Shown: positions 30,312-41,202, counted from the first letter of the stretch. The stretch: DNA of 64,000 nucleotides from Deltaproteobacteria bacterium (GCA_038150265.1 JAYOTF010000001.1:3071-67070); one strand, 5' to 3'. The notes: generated by a model not told the origin, from the sequence alone. Numbers and translations are program-made.

Positions 30312-30351
30312 CCTTCCTGCTTCCCGCTTTTCCTTCACGACTCCTCACAGC

Positions 30352-30963
30352 ATGACCCTCATCTCGGCCACCCTGACCCTGCTCCTCATCATGGATCCCC
30401 TTGGGAACATCCCCACGTTCCTGTCGGTCCTGAAGACCATTGAGGACGAAAAGCGACGGCGGCAGGTGCTGATCCGCGAGCTGATGCTGGCCCTGCTGGT
30501 GCTCCTGACATTTCTCTTTGCGGGAAAGTATGTGCTGCTCTGGCTGGGGCTACGCGAGGAGGCGGTCCGGATTGGAGGAGGCATTGTGCTGTTCCTCATT
30601 GCGATCCGGATGATCTTTCCACCCGTCAGTGGCGGAGTGATGGGCGAGCTTCCGGGGGGAGAGCCGTTTCTGGTGCCGCTGGCAGTCCCGATGATCGCCG
30701 GGCCGTCTTCGCTGGCGGTGCTGATTCTGCTCGGAAATTCGGAGCCTGAGCGGTGGCTGACCTGGTTGGCGGCGCTGATGATTGCGTGGGGCGTCACCAG
30801 CACCATCATGATGGGATCCACCCTGCTGTACCGGTTGCTCGGACAAAAAGGGTTGGTCGCCCTGGAGCGCCTGATGGGCATGGTGCTGGTCACCCTGGCG
30901 GTGCAGATGCTGCTGGACGGCACCGCCTCGTACCTGGGGAAGGCCTCGCTGGGGTTGCTCTGA
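30352..30963 (+). CDS. MarC-family membrane protein
   Basis: IMDPLGNIP, IGGGIVLF, VPLAVPMIAGPS, LERLMG; start set at ATG 30352. Confidence 0.9.
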   Translation: MTLISATLTLLLIMDPLGNIPTFLSVLKTIEDEKRRRQVLIRELMLALLVLLTFLFAGKYVLLWLGLREEAVRIGGGIVLFLIAIRMIFPPVSGGVMGELPGGEPFLVPLAVPMIAGPSSLAVLILLGNSEPERWLTWLAALMIAWGVTSTIMMGSTLLYRLLGQKGLVALERLMGMVLVTLAVQMLLDGTASYLGKASLGLL

Positions 30964-30969
30964 CGCGGG

Positions 30970-31245
30970 TCAGGTCCCGAGCGAGAACATGTGCTCGAGG
31001 TCATGCCGGGAGTAGGTCCGGAAGGCAATCAGCGTCTCGGTCGCAGTGATGCCATCCAGGGCGCCAATCTTCTCGGCCATCGTATCTGCAACCGCCTCCA
31101 TCGACTTCACCCGGATCATGCACACCAGGTCAAACCGCCCAGCGACCGAAAACACTTCCGACACCTCCGGCAGGTCCACCAGGGTCTGAGACACGGACTT
31201 GATCTGCGCCCGTTCCACGTTGAGTAACACAATTGCGGTAATCAT
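30970..31245 (-). CDS. stand-alone Lrp/AsnC ligand-binding (RAM) domain protein
   Basis: MITAIVLLNV...VSEVFSVAGRFDL...TETLIAF; no HTH. Confidence 0.85.
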   Translation of the reverse strand: MITAIVLLNVERAQIKSVSQTLVDLPEVSEVFSVAGRFDLVCMIRVKSMEAVADTMAEKIGALDGITATETLIAFRTYSRHDLEHMFSLGT

Positions 31246-31368
31246 AAGCCTTCCTCTTCTCACAAAGGATCAAATTCATCCGGACCCCTTGGCACCGTCG
31301 CCAGCAGGGTCCTGTCGGGTCTGCCTCATCACATCTTGGAGTCCGGGATAAGGCAAGCTGAAGCCGGA

Positions 31369-32160
31369 CTACCAGACCGTCTTGATCAGGCCGCCGTCCA
31401 CGGCAATGGTGCTGCCGGTGAGGTAGCTTGCGGCCTCTGACAGCAGAAAGGCGCCGGCCCGCCCGAACTCCTCAATCGTCCCATAACGTCCCGTCGGAAT
31501 CGTGGCTGCCGAGCGAGCCTGCACTTCTGCCACCGGAATGCCCTGGGCGTTGGCCCGAGCCTGGTCGAGGCTCCGGACCCGGTCGGTGTCAATGCGTCCG
31601 GGCATGAGGTTGTTGATGCGGATGCCCTCCGGAGCCAGCTGATGCGAGAGGCTCTTCACGAGGCTGGTCACTCCAGAGCGCATCACATTCGAGAGCAGCA
31701 GCACGTCAATCGGCTCCTTGACCGAAGACGAGGTCACCGTCAGGATGGAGCCCCCGCCGCGCTCGCGCATCGATGGCAAGGCTCCGCGAATCATCCGGAC
31801 TGCGCTCAGCAGGTTCAGCTCAAAGGCCGCCTGCCAGTCGTCATCAGTAAAGCGGTCAAATGAGCCGGCAGGAGGACCTCCGGCATTGACCACCAGCAGG
31901 TCCACGCCTCCGAACTGCTGCTGCGTCTGGGCAAACCAGTTCTCAATGGAAGCGGGATCAGCGGCATCGAGCACCGTTCCCAGGGTTGCCGCGCCGGTGC
32001 TTTCCCGGAGGTGCCGGGCAGCGGCGGCAATGGGTTCTGCAGACCGGCTTCCCAGCGAAACCGAGGCTCCCTCCCGGGCCAACTCCTGGGCAATGCCAAA
32101 GCCCAGGCCCTTGCTGGAAGCGGCCACCATTGCCACCTTTCCCTTCAATCCTAAATCCAT
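31369..32160 (-). CDS. short-chain dehydrogenase/reductase
   Basis: AASSKGLG, VNAGGPP, LSNVMR (atypical SxxxR active site), PGRIDT, VDGG. Confidence 0.9.
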   Translation of the reverse strand: MDLGLKGKVAMVAASSKGLGFGIAQELAREGASVSLGSRSAEPIAAAARHLRESTGAATLGTVLDAADPASIENWFAQTQQQFGGVDLLVVNAGGPPAGSFDRFTDDDWQAAFELNLLSAVRMIRGALPSMRERGGGSILTVTSSSVKEPIDVLLLSNVMRSGVTSLVKSLSHQLAPEGIRINNLMPGRIDTDRVRSLDQARANAQGIPVAEVQARSAATIPTGRYGTIEEFGRAGAFLLSEAASYLTGSTIAVDGGLIKTVW

Positions 32161-32167
32161 GATCTCC

Positions 32168-33796
32168 TCAAGGTTCTTGGGGTGAGCGGTTCAGGAGGCC
32201 TCCCAAACCGGAGGCGATCAGCAGCACCAGCCACACCAGGGCCACTGCCTCTCGCTGATCGCGATAGATCGAATCATAGGAGCGCAGCGGAATCGTCTCC
32301 ACCAGGGCCCCTTCCGTAAACAGGCCCAGCCGCTCTGACTGAGGACGCCCCGTGACCTCCAGGAAGACGCTCTTTCCGTTGTTCGAGGCCAGCAGAACCG
32401 GGAGGCGGTTCTCAATGGCCCGCCACCGCAAGATCGCTTCCATGTTGTCAGAAGCCGTGGTTTTGCCAAACCACGCCAGGTTGCTCAGGTTCACAGCAAA
32501 GCGGGCGCCATTCTGGCTCAGGCGCCGCAGCGTCTCGGGCGCAAAGATGTCAAAGCAGATCGGCCCGGCCACCGCCTCGCCCGCCAGGGGGAACACCGTA
32601 AACTCGGTTCCGGGCTCAAACTCCGACATGTTTGGAATCTGCTCCCGGAGCCATGCTGCCGCGCCCGGGAACCAGTCGGAAAACGGAATCATCTCGCCAA
32701 ACGGAATCAGGAAGACCTTGCGATACCGTCCCAGCTCCTGACCGTTCGGTCCGAGCAACGCCGAGATGCCATGGAAGCGCCAGCGCCCATCTCGCCGCTC
32801 CCAGTCGATGGACGCCACCATGAGGAACACCTGCTGCTCGCGGAGGAAGGCCCGGACCCGCTGCAAGGGCGCCGCATCTTTGAAGAGGGCCCCCGGATAG
32901 ACCGACTCTGGCCACACCAGCAGGCGCGGCCCCTCAAAGGGGGGGCTCGCCTCGAGGGCCTGGCGGGAGTCGGCCAGCAGGGCCTGCAGGTTGGCTTCAC
33001 GGTCGGAGTGGGCCAGGTCGGGATTGGAGGCGAGCTGACGCAGCGAGAAGTTTGGCTGCAGCGTCACCACCTGCACTTCCGGAGCGGGCTCTGAGGTTGA
33101 CAGGTCAGCCAGCCGCCAGCTTCCGTACGCCCAGGCCCCTCCCCACGCCAGGGCCAACACGAGAGCGGGGGCCACCAGCGCCTTCAGGGGCTGCTGGCCC
33201 TGTTGCCAGCGGAAGACTTCCAGCAGAACCAGCGCTGTGCCCAGGCTCAGGACCCCCATCCCAGGCGCGCCCCAGACGTCAGCCATCTGCTCCACCACCG
33301 GCAGCCCTGAAAGCGAGAGGCTCCCGAGGTTCCAGTGAATCAGCCGCGGCCAGAAGGCGTCCACACCAATTGCCCAGAGCAGCCGGAACGGAAGCCCCCG
33401 GATCGTCCGGAAGCGGGTTCCCAGCAACGGCAGGGCCAGCGCCACCCACAGCAGCACCCCGGCCTCCAGGCCGTACCCCACGCCCGTGACCAGCCAGGCG
33501 ACCGGAAGCGGCAGCCCACCAAAGACATGGGCGCTGTTGGTGATCCAGTGTGCTGCCAGCAGGGCGCCGACGCCACCAACCAACCAGCAGCTCAGGAAGC
33601 TGGTCCGGAGCTGCGCCTGCCACGAAGCCGCCGGTTGTTCCAGCATCCAGAGCAGAAGCGCCAGTGCGCCAATTCCAACCAGTGGAACCGGATAACCCGG
33701 AGAGCCGATTCCCAGCAGGACCCCAGCCAGCAGCAGCCCTCCCCAGCGTCCGGATCGGGTCTGGAGGAACCCGTTTGTGCCCGGTTGCCGCTTCAC
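32168..33796 (-). CDS. lnt: apolipoprotein N-acyltransferase
   Basis: TM N-terminus plus nitrilase-fold triad: VWPES, YRK.FLIPFGE, ICFD; NLAWFG, RAIENR. Confidence 0.9.
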   Translation of the reverse strand: MKRQPGTNGFLQTRSGRWGGLLLAGVLLGIGSPGYPVPLVGIGALALLLWMLEQPAASWQAQLRTSFLSCWLVGGVGALLAAHWITNSAHVFGGLPLPVAWLVTGVGYGLEAGVLLWVALALPLLGTRFRTIRGLPFRLLWAIGVDAFWPRLIHWNLGSLSLSGLPVVEQMADVWGAPGMGVLSLGTALVLLEVFRWQQGQQPLKALVAPALVLALAWGGAWAYGSWRLADLSTSEPAPEVQVVTLQPNFSLRQLASNPDLAHSDREANLQALLADSRQALEASPPFEGPRLLVWPESVYPGALFKDAAPLQRVRAFLREQQVFLMVASIDWERRDGRWRFHGISALLGPNGQELGRYRKVFLIPFGEMIPFSDWFPGAAAWLREQIPNMSEFEPGTEFTVFPLAGEAVAGPICFDIFAPETLRRLSQNGARFAVNLSNLAWFGKTTASDNMEAILRWRAIENRLPVLLASNNGKSVFLEVTGRPQSERLGLFTEGALVETIPLRSYDSIYRDQREAVALVWLVLLIASGLGGLLNRSPQEP

Positions 33797-35167
33797 TTAG
33801 AACGAGACCAGGTGACCAAGATTGAACGTAATGCCCAGGTACACCGTGATGCCGAGGATGTCGTTGGCCGTGGTGATGAACGGTCCGGTGGCCAGGGCCG
33901 GGTCAATGTGGAGCCGCTTGAGCAAAATGGGGACAGACGCGCCAATTGAGGCAGCAATGCAGACAACCGCAATCAGGGCGAGTGAGGCACTGAGCGCCGT
34001 GGTGGGATTCCGGGTGATGAACCAGTTCATGAAGCCCAGCAGCGTGGCACAGATGACCCCATTCACCAGGGCCACCCGCAGCTCCTTCCAGAGCCGGATC
34101 AGCAGGTCGGTCGTCTGAATGGCCCCCGTCGCCAACCCCCGGACCATGATGGAAGAAGACTGGATGCCCACGTTTCCTCCGAACGCGGCAATGAGCGGAA
34201 TGAAGTAGGCCGTCTCCGGCATGGTGGAAAGCGCCTTGCCAAAGCCGTTCATGACCAGCGCCGCAAAGAAGCCCCCGACCATGCTGAGGAACAACCAGGG
34301 CAGGCGCTCTCGTGTGGTCCGGAAGATGGAGGTTTCCATGACCTCCTCACCGCCGGTTCCGGCAAACTGCCCCATGTCCTCATGATGCTCCTCGTAGAGG
34401 ACGTCCACGAGGTCGTCAATGGTGATGCGTCCTGCGAGCCGAAGGTGCTTGTCAATGACGGGCACCACAACGAGGTCATACTCCTTGGCCACCCGCGCAA
34501 CCTCTTCCTGGTCGAGGTCAATGTCCACCGCCACCACGTCCGGATTCATGATCGTGGCAATGGAGACGCTCCGGTCGGCAAGGAGGAGTTCCGTGACGGA
34601 GACGGTGCCAATCAGGTGTTGAAACTCGTCGACCACATAAGCGGTATAGAACATTTCAAAGCCCTCACGCTGCGTGTAGCGCTGGATGCTCCGAATGGCC
34701 TGATCCACCGACTGATCCTTGCGGATGGCGACCACGTAGGAGGTCATCAGCCCGCCGGCGCTCTCCTCATCATACTGCAGGAGGTTGTGGACGTCGGCTC
34801 GGTCTTTGGCAGGGAGCGACTCCAGCAGCGCATCAGCCTGCGTATCGTCGAGGATGGACACGATGTCTGCGGCATCGTCATCATCCATTTCCCCAATGAT
34901 TCCGGAGAGTTGCTCGTGGGTCAACTCTCCCACCAGGTCAGAAAGAACGGCGGAAGAGTCGTGGAGGTTGGAAAGGACGTCGGAGGCCTTCTCAGGCCCG
35001 AGTTGCTCAAAGACCACCAGCTGGTGCTTGAGCTTGAGCTGGAGGAGGATCTGGGCGATCTCCACGGCGTTGAGGGTATCCAGCAGGCTCCGGAGAACCT
35101 GAGGACGCCCTGTGGTAATCAGGCGCTTGACGACCTTGTCATAGCGGGGGTCGTGCGTTTTCGCCAT
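33797..35167 (-). CDS. mgtE: magnesium transporter
   Basis: N-domain, CBS pair, RLPWL, GGNVGIQ, DPALATGPFITTANDI. Confidence 0.95.
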   Translation of the reverse strand: MAKTHDPRYDKVVKRLITTGRPQVLRSLLDTLNAVEIAQILLQLKLKHQLVVFEQLGPEKASDVLSNLHDSSAVLSDLVGELTHEQLSGIIGEMDDDDAADIVSILDDTQADALLESLPAKDRADVHNLLQYDEESAGGLMTSYVVAIRKDQSVDQAIRSIQRYTQREGFEMFYTAYVVDEFQHLIGTVSVTELLLADRSVSIATIMNPDVVAVDIDLDQEEVARVAKEYDLVVVPVIDKHLRLAGRITIDDLVDVLYEEHHEDMGQFAGTGGEEVMETSIFRTTRERLPWLFLSMVGGFFAALVMNGFGKALSTMPETAYFIPLIAAFGGNVGIQSSSIMVRGLATGAIQTTDLLIRLWKELRVALVNGVICATLLGFMNWFITRNPTTALSASLALIAVVCIAASIGASVPILLKRLHIDPALATGPFITTANDILGITVYLGITFNLGHLVSF

Positions 35168-35190
35168 GGGAACTCGTCGGCGAAGGAGGC

Positions 35191-36684
35191 TCAGTTCCAG
35201 CGAGAGACGAGATCAGTGAGGAGCCGTACCCCGACTCCGGTGGCCGAACCGCTGGGGTGGTAGTCAACGTGCTTGACGCTCCAGGCGGCTCCGGCGATGT
35301 CCAGGTGCACCCATGGCGTGTCGCCCACGAAGTGCTCCAGGAAGGCGCCCCCGATGATGGTTCCGGCATCTCCGTCTCCGATGTTCCGGAGGTCCGCGTG
35401 CTTGCCTTTGAGAGACTCGGCATATTCCGGATAATTCGGAAGCTCCCAGACCCGTTCGCCACTGACGGAAGCGGCCGCCCGGACCTGATCCATGAGCGCC
35501 GCGTTGTTGGTCACGGCTCCACAGGCCTGGTGGCCCAATGCAATGATGCAGGCTCCGGTCAGGGTGGCCAGGTCCACAACGGCCTGAGGCTTGTACTGAT
35601 CCACCACATACGCCAGGGCATCTCCCAGCACCAACCGGCCTTCCGCATCGGTATTGAGGATTTCCACCGTCTTGCCGTTGTAGGCCTTCACAATGTCTCC
35701 GGGACGCTGGGCCTTGCCGTCGGGCATGTTTTCCGAGGCAGCCACAATGCCAATCACGTTTACCTTGGGCTTGACCTGCGCAATGGCCTGCATGGCGCCA
35801 ATGACCGCTGCGGAGCCACACATGTCAAACTTCATCTCGTCCATGCCCTTGCCCGGCTTCAGCGAGATGCCACCGGAGTCAAAGGTGATGCCCTTGCCCA
35901 CCAGCGCCACGGTTTCTTCCGCCTTTTCGTGGTGGTACTCCATGATGATCAGCTTCGCCGGCTCTTCTGCGCCCTGGCTGACTCCCAGCAGCATGTTCAT
36001 GCCGAGCTTCTTCATGTCCGATTCTTCCAGCACACTGAACTTCAGCTTCTGCTTCTTGGCCATCGCTTCAGCGCGCTTGGCCAGCTCCTTTGGCGAGAGC
36101 ACATTCGGCGGCGTGTTCCCCAGGGTCCGGGCAAAGTTGGTGGCTTCTGCACGAATCCCTCCGTTCTTGACCGCCTTCGCATCCGTGGTGCCTTCCGGAT
36201 CCACCAACCGCACCTTGACGCTCTTTGGCGCGTCTCCCGAGTCACCGGTCTTGTACTCGGTAAACTCATAGGCGCCCAGGCTCAGGCCTTCGGCAATGAT
36301 CTCTCCCACGGGCTTGGCCGTCACCAGCCCCAGAAACTCCGGAACCGGCGTCACGACTTCCGCCACCTTCAGGGCGCCCAGTTGCTTCCCGGCCTTTCCG
36401 GCGGCTCGGCGCAGCGCTTCGGCGTCCAGGTCCTGCTTGGGTCCCAGCCCCACCAGCAGCACCTGCCCCAGGGCCTTGGCAGCGGTCACAACCTGATGCG
36501 TGCTCCCTTTCTTGCCAGAGAAGACCTTGAGCTTCTTGGCAGCGTCCAGCTGGCTGAGCACCTCTTCCGGAAGTCCTCCCAAGCCACATGCGGTCCAATC
36601 CAGGTCTTCGGCCACAAAGGCCAGGAGCGCCCCGGCTTTTTCCTGAGCCAGTTCTTTTGTGCTGTAGTCGAGTTTCAGTTCCAT
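35191..36684 (-). CDS. pepA: leucyl aminopeptidase (M17)
   Basis: GKGITFDSGGISLKP, MKFDM, NTDAEGRL, ATLTGA, HLDIAG; start set at ATG 36684. Confidence 0.95.
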   Translation of the reverse strand: MELKLDYSTKELAQEKAGALLAFVAEDLDWTACGLGGLPEEVLSQLDAAKKLKVFSGKKGSTHQVVTAAKALGQVLLVGLGPKQDLDAEALRRAAGKAGKQLGALKVAEVVTPVPEFLGLVTAKPVGEIIAEGLSLGAYEFTEYKTGDSGDAPKSVKVRLVDPEGTTDAKAVKNGGIRAEATNFARTLGNTPPNVLSPKELAKRAEAMAKKQKLKFSVLEESDMKKLGMNMLLGVSQGAEEPAKLIIMEYHHEKAEETVALVGKGITFDSGGISLKPGKGMDEMKFDMCGSAAVIGAMQAIAQVKPKVNVIGIVAASENMPDGKAQRPGDIVKAYNGKTVEILNTDAEGRLVLGDALAYVVDQYKPQAVVDLATLTGACIIALGHQACGAVTNNAALMDQVRAAASVSGERVWELPNYPEYAESLKGKHADLRNIGDGDAGTIIGGAFLEHFVGDTPWVHLDIAGAAWSVKHVDYHPSGSATGVGVRLLTDLVSRWN

Positions 36685-36803
36685 GAACAATCCTTGAAAG
36701 ACAGTGCCGGGAGCACTCGTGGTTGTGTTGTCTGTAAAAACCGCCAAAATAGAAGAAAGGAGCTGGAACGCTCAAGCCAAATTCCCTTTTGCTGCAAATC
36801 GAC

Positions 36804-37631
36804 ATGCCTGAAGGCCCTGAAATTCGGCAAGCTGCCGATCGGCTGGACCGAGCGGTGGGAAAGCGGATCTGCACGGAGCTCTTCTTTGAGTTTGAGCGAC
36901 TCAAGGTGTATGAGCCCGAGCTGACTGGACAGACCATCACGCAGGTGACGTCTCGGGGAAAGGCGTTGCTGACGCGCTTTGCCAACGGCTGGAGCATTTA
37001 TAGCCACAACCAGCTTTACGGACGCTGGATGGTGCGGCGGCCGTATGCGTTTCCGCAGACGAACCGGCAGCTCCGGCTTGCTCTTCACACCGACCACCGC
37101 TCCGCGTTGCTCTACAGCGCCTCTGACATTGAGGTCCTCCGGACCGATGAAGAGGCCCAACACCCGTTTCTGCAAAAGCTGGGGCCCGACCTGCTGGACG
37201 AAACCTGCACCGTGGAAGAAATTGAGGACCGCCTGCAGGCCCCTTCCTTCCGGCGCCGGCAACTGGGAAGCCTGCTGCTCGACCAGGGCTTCCTGGCAGG
37301 GCTGGGCAACTACCTCCGGAGCGAAGTCCTCTTTGTTGCCGGCCTGGCCCCTCAGCAGCAACCGCAGCACTGTGTCCCGGAGTCGCTCCGGCGCCTGGCC
37401 ACCGCCTGCCTGGACCTCACCCGGCAGTCGTACCAAACGGGCGGCATCACCAACGACCTCAACGCGGCTCAAGCCCTGCAGGCCCAGGGACAGCCCCGGA
37501 ATCAGTACCGGCATTGGGTGTTTGCCCGCGAGCATCGCCCCTGCTGGATCTGCGCAACCCCCATCGTCCGGACGAACTCCGCGTCTCGCCGGCTTTACTT
37601 CTGCCCCTCCTGCCAACCCGCTGCCGCATGA
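36804..37631 (+). CDS. nei: endonuclease VIII (Fpg/Nei DNA glycosylase)
   Basis: N-terminal MPEGPE, GKALL, HNQLYGRW, H2TH LLDQ..AGLGNY.RSE, C4 zinc finger. Confidence 0.92.
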   Translation: MPEGPEIRQAADRLDRAVGKRICTELFFEFERLKVYEPELTGQTITQVTSRGKALLTRFANGWSIYSHNQLYGRWMVRRPYAFPQTNRQLRLALHTDHRSALLYSASDIEVLRTDEEAQHPFLQKLGPDLLDETCTVEEIEDRLQAPSFRRRQLGSLLLDQGFLAGLGNYLRSEVLFVAGLAPQQQPQHCVPESLRRLATACLDLTRQSYQTGGITNDLNAAQALQAQGQPRNQYRHWVFAREHRPCWICATPIVRTNSASRRLYFCPSCQPAAA

Positions 37632-38074
37632 AGATCTACCTGGAAACCCCGGTTGCCGGCCACTTCCGGGACGTGTTTGCCCAATTCGACCAGTCCCTCT
37701 TTGTGAAGCTGACCCCACCCTTCCCGCCAGTGGAGCTGCAGCGCTTTGACGGCAGCCGCGTCGGCGATCAGTATCACATCGACCTCAAGCTTCCGTTCCT
37801 GCGCCAAACGTGGCAAGGTCACATCACTGAAGCCGGAGAGACCGAGACCGAGTGCTGGTTTGTCGATGAGGGCCTCCAGCTTCCCTTCTTTCTCCAATCC
37901 TGGCACCACCGTCACACGGTCCGGCAACAGGGAGACCACTGTGTCATCATTGACGACATCACCTACGAGGCCCCGTTTCGCTGGCTCACGTACCTCCTGC
38001 ACCCCAGCATGTGGCTCCAGTTTGCGTACCGAAAGCCCCTCTACCGTAAAGTCTTCGGCGCCCCGCCCCGCTGA
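37628..38074 (+). CDS. SRPBCC/START-like ligand-binding protein
   Basis: LTPP, FVDEG..LPF..WHH.H, IIDDI.Y, F.YR pattern; ATGA overlap with nei. Confidence 0.75.
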   Translation: MKIYLETPVAGHFRDVFAQFDQSLFVKLTPPFPPVELQRFDGSRVGDQYHIDLKLPFLRQTWQGHITEAGETETECWFVDEGLQLPFFLQSWHHRHTVRQQGDHCVIIDDITYEAPFRWLTYLLHPSMWLQFAYRKPLYRKVFGAPPR

Positions 38075-38131
38075 CCCCTCAAAGGGACTCGTTTGAATTT
38101 TGCTATCCTTAACTTCATTGAAGGCATCCTC

Positions 38132-40819
38132 ATGAAAGCAGAAGCCCCCAAGGCCATCCGACTCGCCGACTACACCCCCCCGGCTTTTGAAGTCGAGTTC
38201 ATCGACCTGTACGTGGAGCTGCACGACAACGAGACCCTGGTCACCGCGACCCAGAAGCTCCGGAGGCTCGGCGATCAGCCTGCCCCGCTGGTGCTCAATG
38301 GACAGGAGCTGGAGCTGCTGGAGGTCGCTCTGAACGGAGAACCCCTTGCTAGGGGCGCCTACCAGGTCAGCGACGACGCCCTCACGATTCCGGAAGCGCC
38401 AGCTGAGCTGACCCTGCAAACCGTGGTGCGGATTCATCCGGAAAAGAACACGGCGCTGGAAGGCCTCTACCGCTCCGGGAGCATGTTCTGCACGCAGTGT
38501 GAGGCAGAGGGCTTCCGCAAGATCACCTACTTCCAGGACCGTCCGGACGTCATGACCCTCTTCACCACCACGGTGGAGGCGGATGCCACGAAGTACCCCG
38601 TGCTGCTTTCCAACGGCAACCCCGTCGATTCCGGAACCCTCGAGGAAGGCCGGCACTGGGTCCGCTGGGAAGACCCGTTCCGCAAACCAGCCTACCTCTT
38701 TGCTCTGGTCGCCGGAGACCTCGGTGTGCTGGAAGCCGCCTTCACCACCGCGTCCGGACGCTCGGTGGCGCTGCGCATCTACTCTGAGCACGAAAACGTC
38801 CCGCGCCTCGGGTATGCCATGGAGTCCCTCAAGCAGTCCATGAAGTGGGACGAAGAGCGCTTCGGGCGTGAGTATGACCTCGACATCTACATGATTGTCG
38901 CCGTCAACGACTTCAACTTCGGCGCCATGGAGAACAAGGGCCTCAACCTCTTCAACGCCAAGTACGTGCTTGCCGATCCGGAGAGCGCCACCGACAGCGA
39001 CTTCTACCACATCCAGGCCGTGATCGCGCATGAGTACTTCCACAACTGGACCGGGAACCGTGTCACCTGCCGGGACTGGTTTCAGCTCAGCCTCAAGGAA
39101 GGCCTCACCGTGTTCCGGGACCAGGAGTTCAGCTCCGACCTCAATAGCCGACCCGTCAAGCGCATTGACGATGTGAACGTGCTCCGGAACCATCAATTCC
39201 CGGAAGATTCCGGCCCCATGAGCCACCCGGTCCGTCCAGATACCTACCAGGAGATCAACAACTTCTACACGGCCACCGTCTATGAAAAAGGCGCCGAGGT
39301 CATCCGGATGATGTACAACCTGCTCGGACGTGACGGCTTCCGCAAGGGCATGGACCTCTACTTTGAGCGGCATGACGGCCAGGCGGTGACCTGCGACGAC
39401 TTTGCAGCAGCGATGGAAGCCGCCAACGCGGTGGACCTGCAGCAGTTCCGGCGCTGGTACTCCCAATCCGGAACCCCGGAGTTGAAGGCATCCGGCCACT
39501 ACGATGCCACCGCCCAAACCTACACCCTCACCGTGGAACAGTCGGTCCCGGATACCGTTGGGCAAAACGGCTTTGGCTTTGCCGCCAAGCAGGCAGCAGG
39601 TGCGGAGGCTCTGCAGAAGCAGCCCTACCACTTTCCGCTGGAAGCCGGCCTGCTCGGCGCTTCCGGAAACCCGCTTCCGCTCTTTGTGGCAGGCGCTGCT
39701 GACGGCCAGGAAACGGCGGTTCTCGAAGTCCGGGAGGCGCAGCAGGAATTCGTCTTCACACAGGTTCCGGAGCCGCCCATTCCCTCGCTGCTGCGTGGCT
39801 TTTCCGCTCCGGTCAAGCTGCACTTCGACTACACGGATGCCCAGCTTGCCTTCCTCATGGCGCATGATGCCGACCTCTTCAACCGCTGGGAAGCCGGCCA
39901 GACGCTGATGGTCCGGATCGCCCTCCAGCAGGTGGAGCGCCTCCGAAACGGCGAGCCCGTGGCGCTTCCGGAGGTCCTGCAGGCCGCCTTCGGAAGCCTG
40001 CTGGCTGATGCGGCCACCACCGACGCTGCGCTGCTGGCCCAGGCCCTGACCTTCCCGGATGAGCGGTACCTTGGCGAGCAGATGGACGTGGTGGCCGTGG
40101 AGGAAATCCACCAGGTCCGGACCCGGCTGCTTCAGCAACTCGCCGAGGCCTTCTCGGAGCCACTGTGGCAGCTGTACCACCGGTTGAACACTCCGGAACC
40201 CTACCAGCCCGATGCAGCCAGCATGGGACGTCGGGCGCTGAAGAACCGCTGCCTGTCGTACCTGACCTGCCTTGAAACCAAGGAGGCTCGGCAGCAAGCG
40301 TACACGCAGTTCCGTGAGGCCACCAACATGACCGACGTGTCCGGAGCCCTTGCGGCGCTCATTCATCAGCCCTGCCGGGAGCGCGAGCAGGCCCTTGCGC
40401 TCTTCTACGAGCGCTGGCAGAACGACCCGCTGGTCATCACCAAGTGGTTCACCTTGCAGGCCATGTCGTCGCTGCCCACCACGCTGGAGACGGTCCGGAC
40501 CCTGCTGGCACATCCAGCGTTTGACCTCAAGAACCCGAACAAGGCCCGGGCCTTGATTGGGGCCTTTGTGCACTCCAACCCCACTCAGTTCCATGAAGCC
40601 TCCGGAAAGGGGTACCGCTTCCTCACGGAGCAGGTCAAAACCCTCAACCGCCTCAACCCGACGATTGCAGCGCGGCTGGTGGGCGCCTTCAACGCGTGGA
40701 AACGCTACGATGCCGATCGGCAGGCCATGATGCAGGCTCAGCTGGAGGAGATCAACCAGATCTCCAACCTCTCCGGAGAAGTCCAGGAAGTCGTCTCCCG
40801 GGCGCTGGCTCAGGCATGA
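38132..40819 (+). CDS. pepN: aminopeptidase N (M1)
   Basis: TQCEAEGFR, GAMENKGLN, HEYFH..18..E, YEKGAE, NPNKARAL; start set at ATG 38132. Confidence 0.97.
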   Translation: MKAEAPKAIRLADYTPPAFEVEFIDLYVELHDNETLVTATQKLRRLGDQPAPLVLNGQELELLEVALNGEPLARGAYQVSDDALTIPEAPAELTLQTVVRIHPEKNTALEGLYRSGSMFCTQCEAEGFRKITYFQDRPDVMTLFTTTVEADATKYPVLLSNGNPVDSGTLEEGRHWVRWEDPFRKPAYLFALVAGDLGVLEAAFTTASGRSVALRIYSEHENVPRLGYAMESLKQSMKWDEERFGREYDLDIYMIVAVNDFNFGAMENKGLNLFNAKYVLADPESATDSDFYHIQAVIAHEYFHNWTGNRVTCRDWFQLSLKEGLTVFRDQEFSSDLNSRPVKRIDDVNVLRNHQFPEDSGPMSHPVRPDTYQEINNFYTATVYEKGAEVIRMMYNLLGRDGFRKGMDLYFERHDGQAVTCDDFAAAMEAANAVDLQQFRRWYSQSGTPELKASGHYDATAQTYTLTVEQSVPDTVGQNGFGFAAKQAAGAEALQKQPYHFPLEAGLLGASGNPLPLFVAGAADGQETAVLEVREAQQEFVFTQVPEPPIPSLLRGFSAPVKLHFDYTDAQLAFLMAHDADLFNRWEAGQTLMVRIALQQVERLRNGEPVALPEVLQAAFGSLLADAATTDAALLAQALTFPDERYLGEQMDVVAVEEIHQVRTRLLQQLAEAFSEPLWQLYHRLNTPEPYQPDAASMGRRALKNRCLSYLTCLETKEARQQAYTQFREATNMTDVSGALAALIHQPCREREQALALFYERWQNDPLVITKWFTLQAMSSLPTTLETVRTLLAHPAFDLKNPNKARALIGAFVHSNPTQFHEASGKGYRFLTEQVKTLNRLNPTIAARLVGAFNAWKRYDADRQAMMQAQLEEINQISNLSGEVQEVVSRALAQA

Positions 40820-41202
40820 AGGCGCTGCTGACCAGCCTCTTGCTGCTTGTGCCCCTTCTCGCATCAGCAGAGGTGCGCTTCACGCTGCAAAAGGGGCGGC
40901 TGCCGCAAGGGCCAATGGAGGACTTCTCCACCCGCGTTCCCCCCAAGGCGGGCGACCTGGGTTTTGTGCAGGTCGGAGACTTCGGGTGTGAGCTGGAGCG
41001 CCTGACGGAGCTGTATGACGAGGTCATCTGGGTGCATCAGGTCCGGGTGCGGTGCACGCTGCCGCAGGAACCGGCTCATGCCATTGGCTTTGGGGTCGTC
41101 TGCAACACCGGCTCCGAGAACCGCGACAAGGCCCACCTGACCCTCCGGAGTCCAGACGCCGAGTGGCTGCTCAACCTGCGGTGCGAAAACCAGGAGCCCT
41201 GA
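40816..41202 (+). CDS. small exported hypothetical protein (4 Cys)
   Basis: ATGA overlap with pepN; signal peptide MKALLTSLLLLVPLLASA; typical codon usage. Confidence 0.7.
   Translation: MKALLTSLLLLVPLLASAEVRFTLQKGRLPQGPMEDFSTRVPPKAGDLGFVQVGDFGCELERLTELYDEVIWVHQVRVRCTLPQEPAHAIGFGVVCNTGSENRDKAHLTLRSPDAEWLLNLRCENQEP

Noticed and set aside
37595..40864. 1089-aa minus-strand ORF
   Set aside because: Antisense shadow of pepN; no motifs; long antisense ORFs are expected with high GC at third codon positions.
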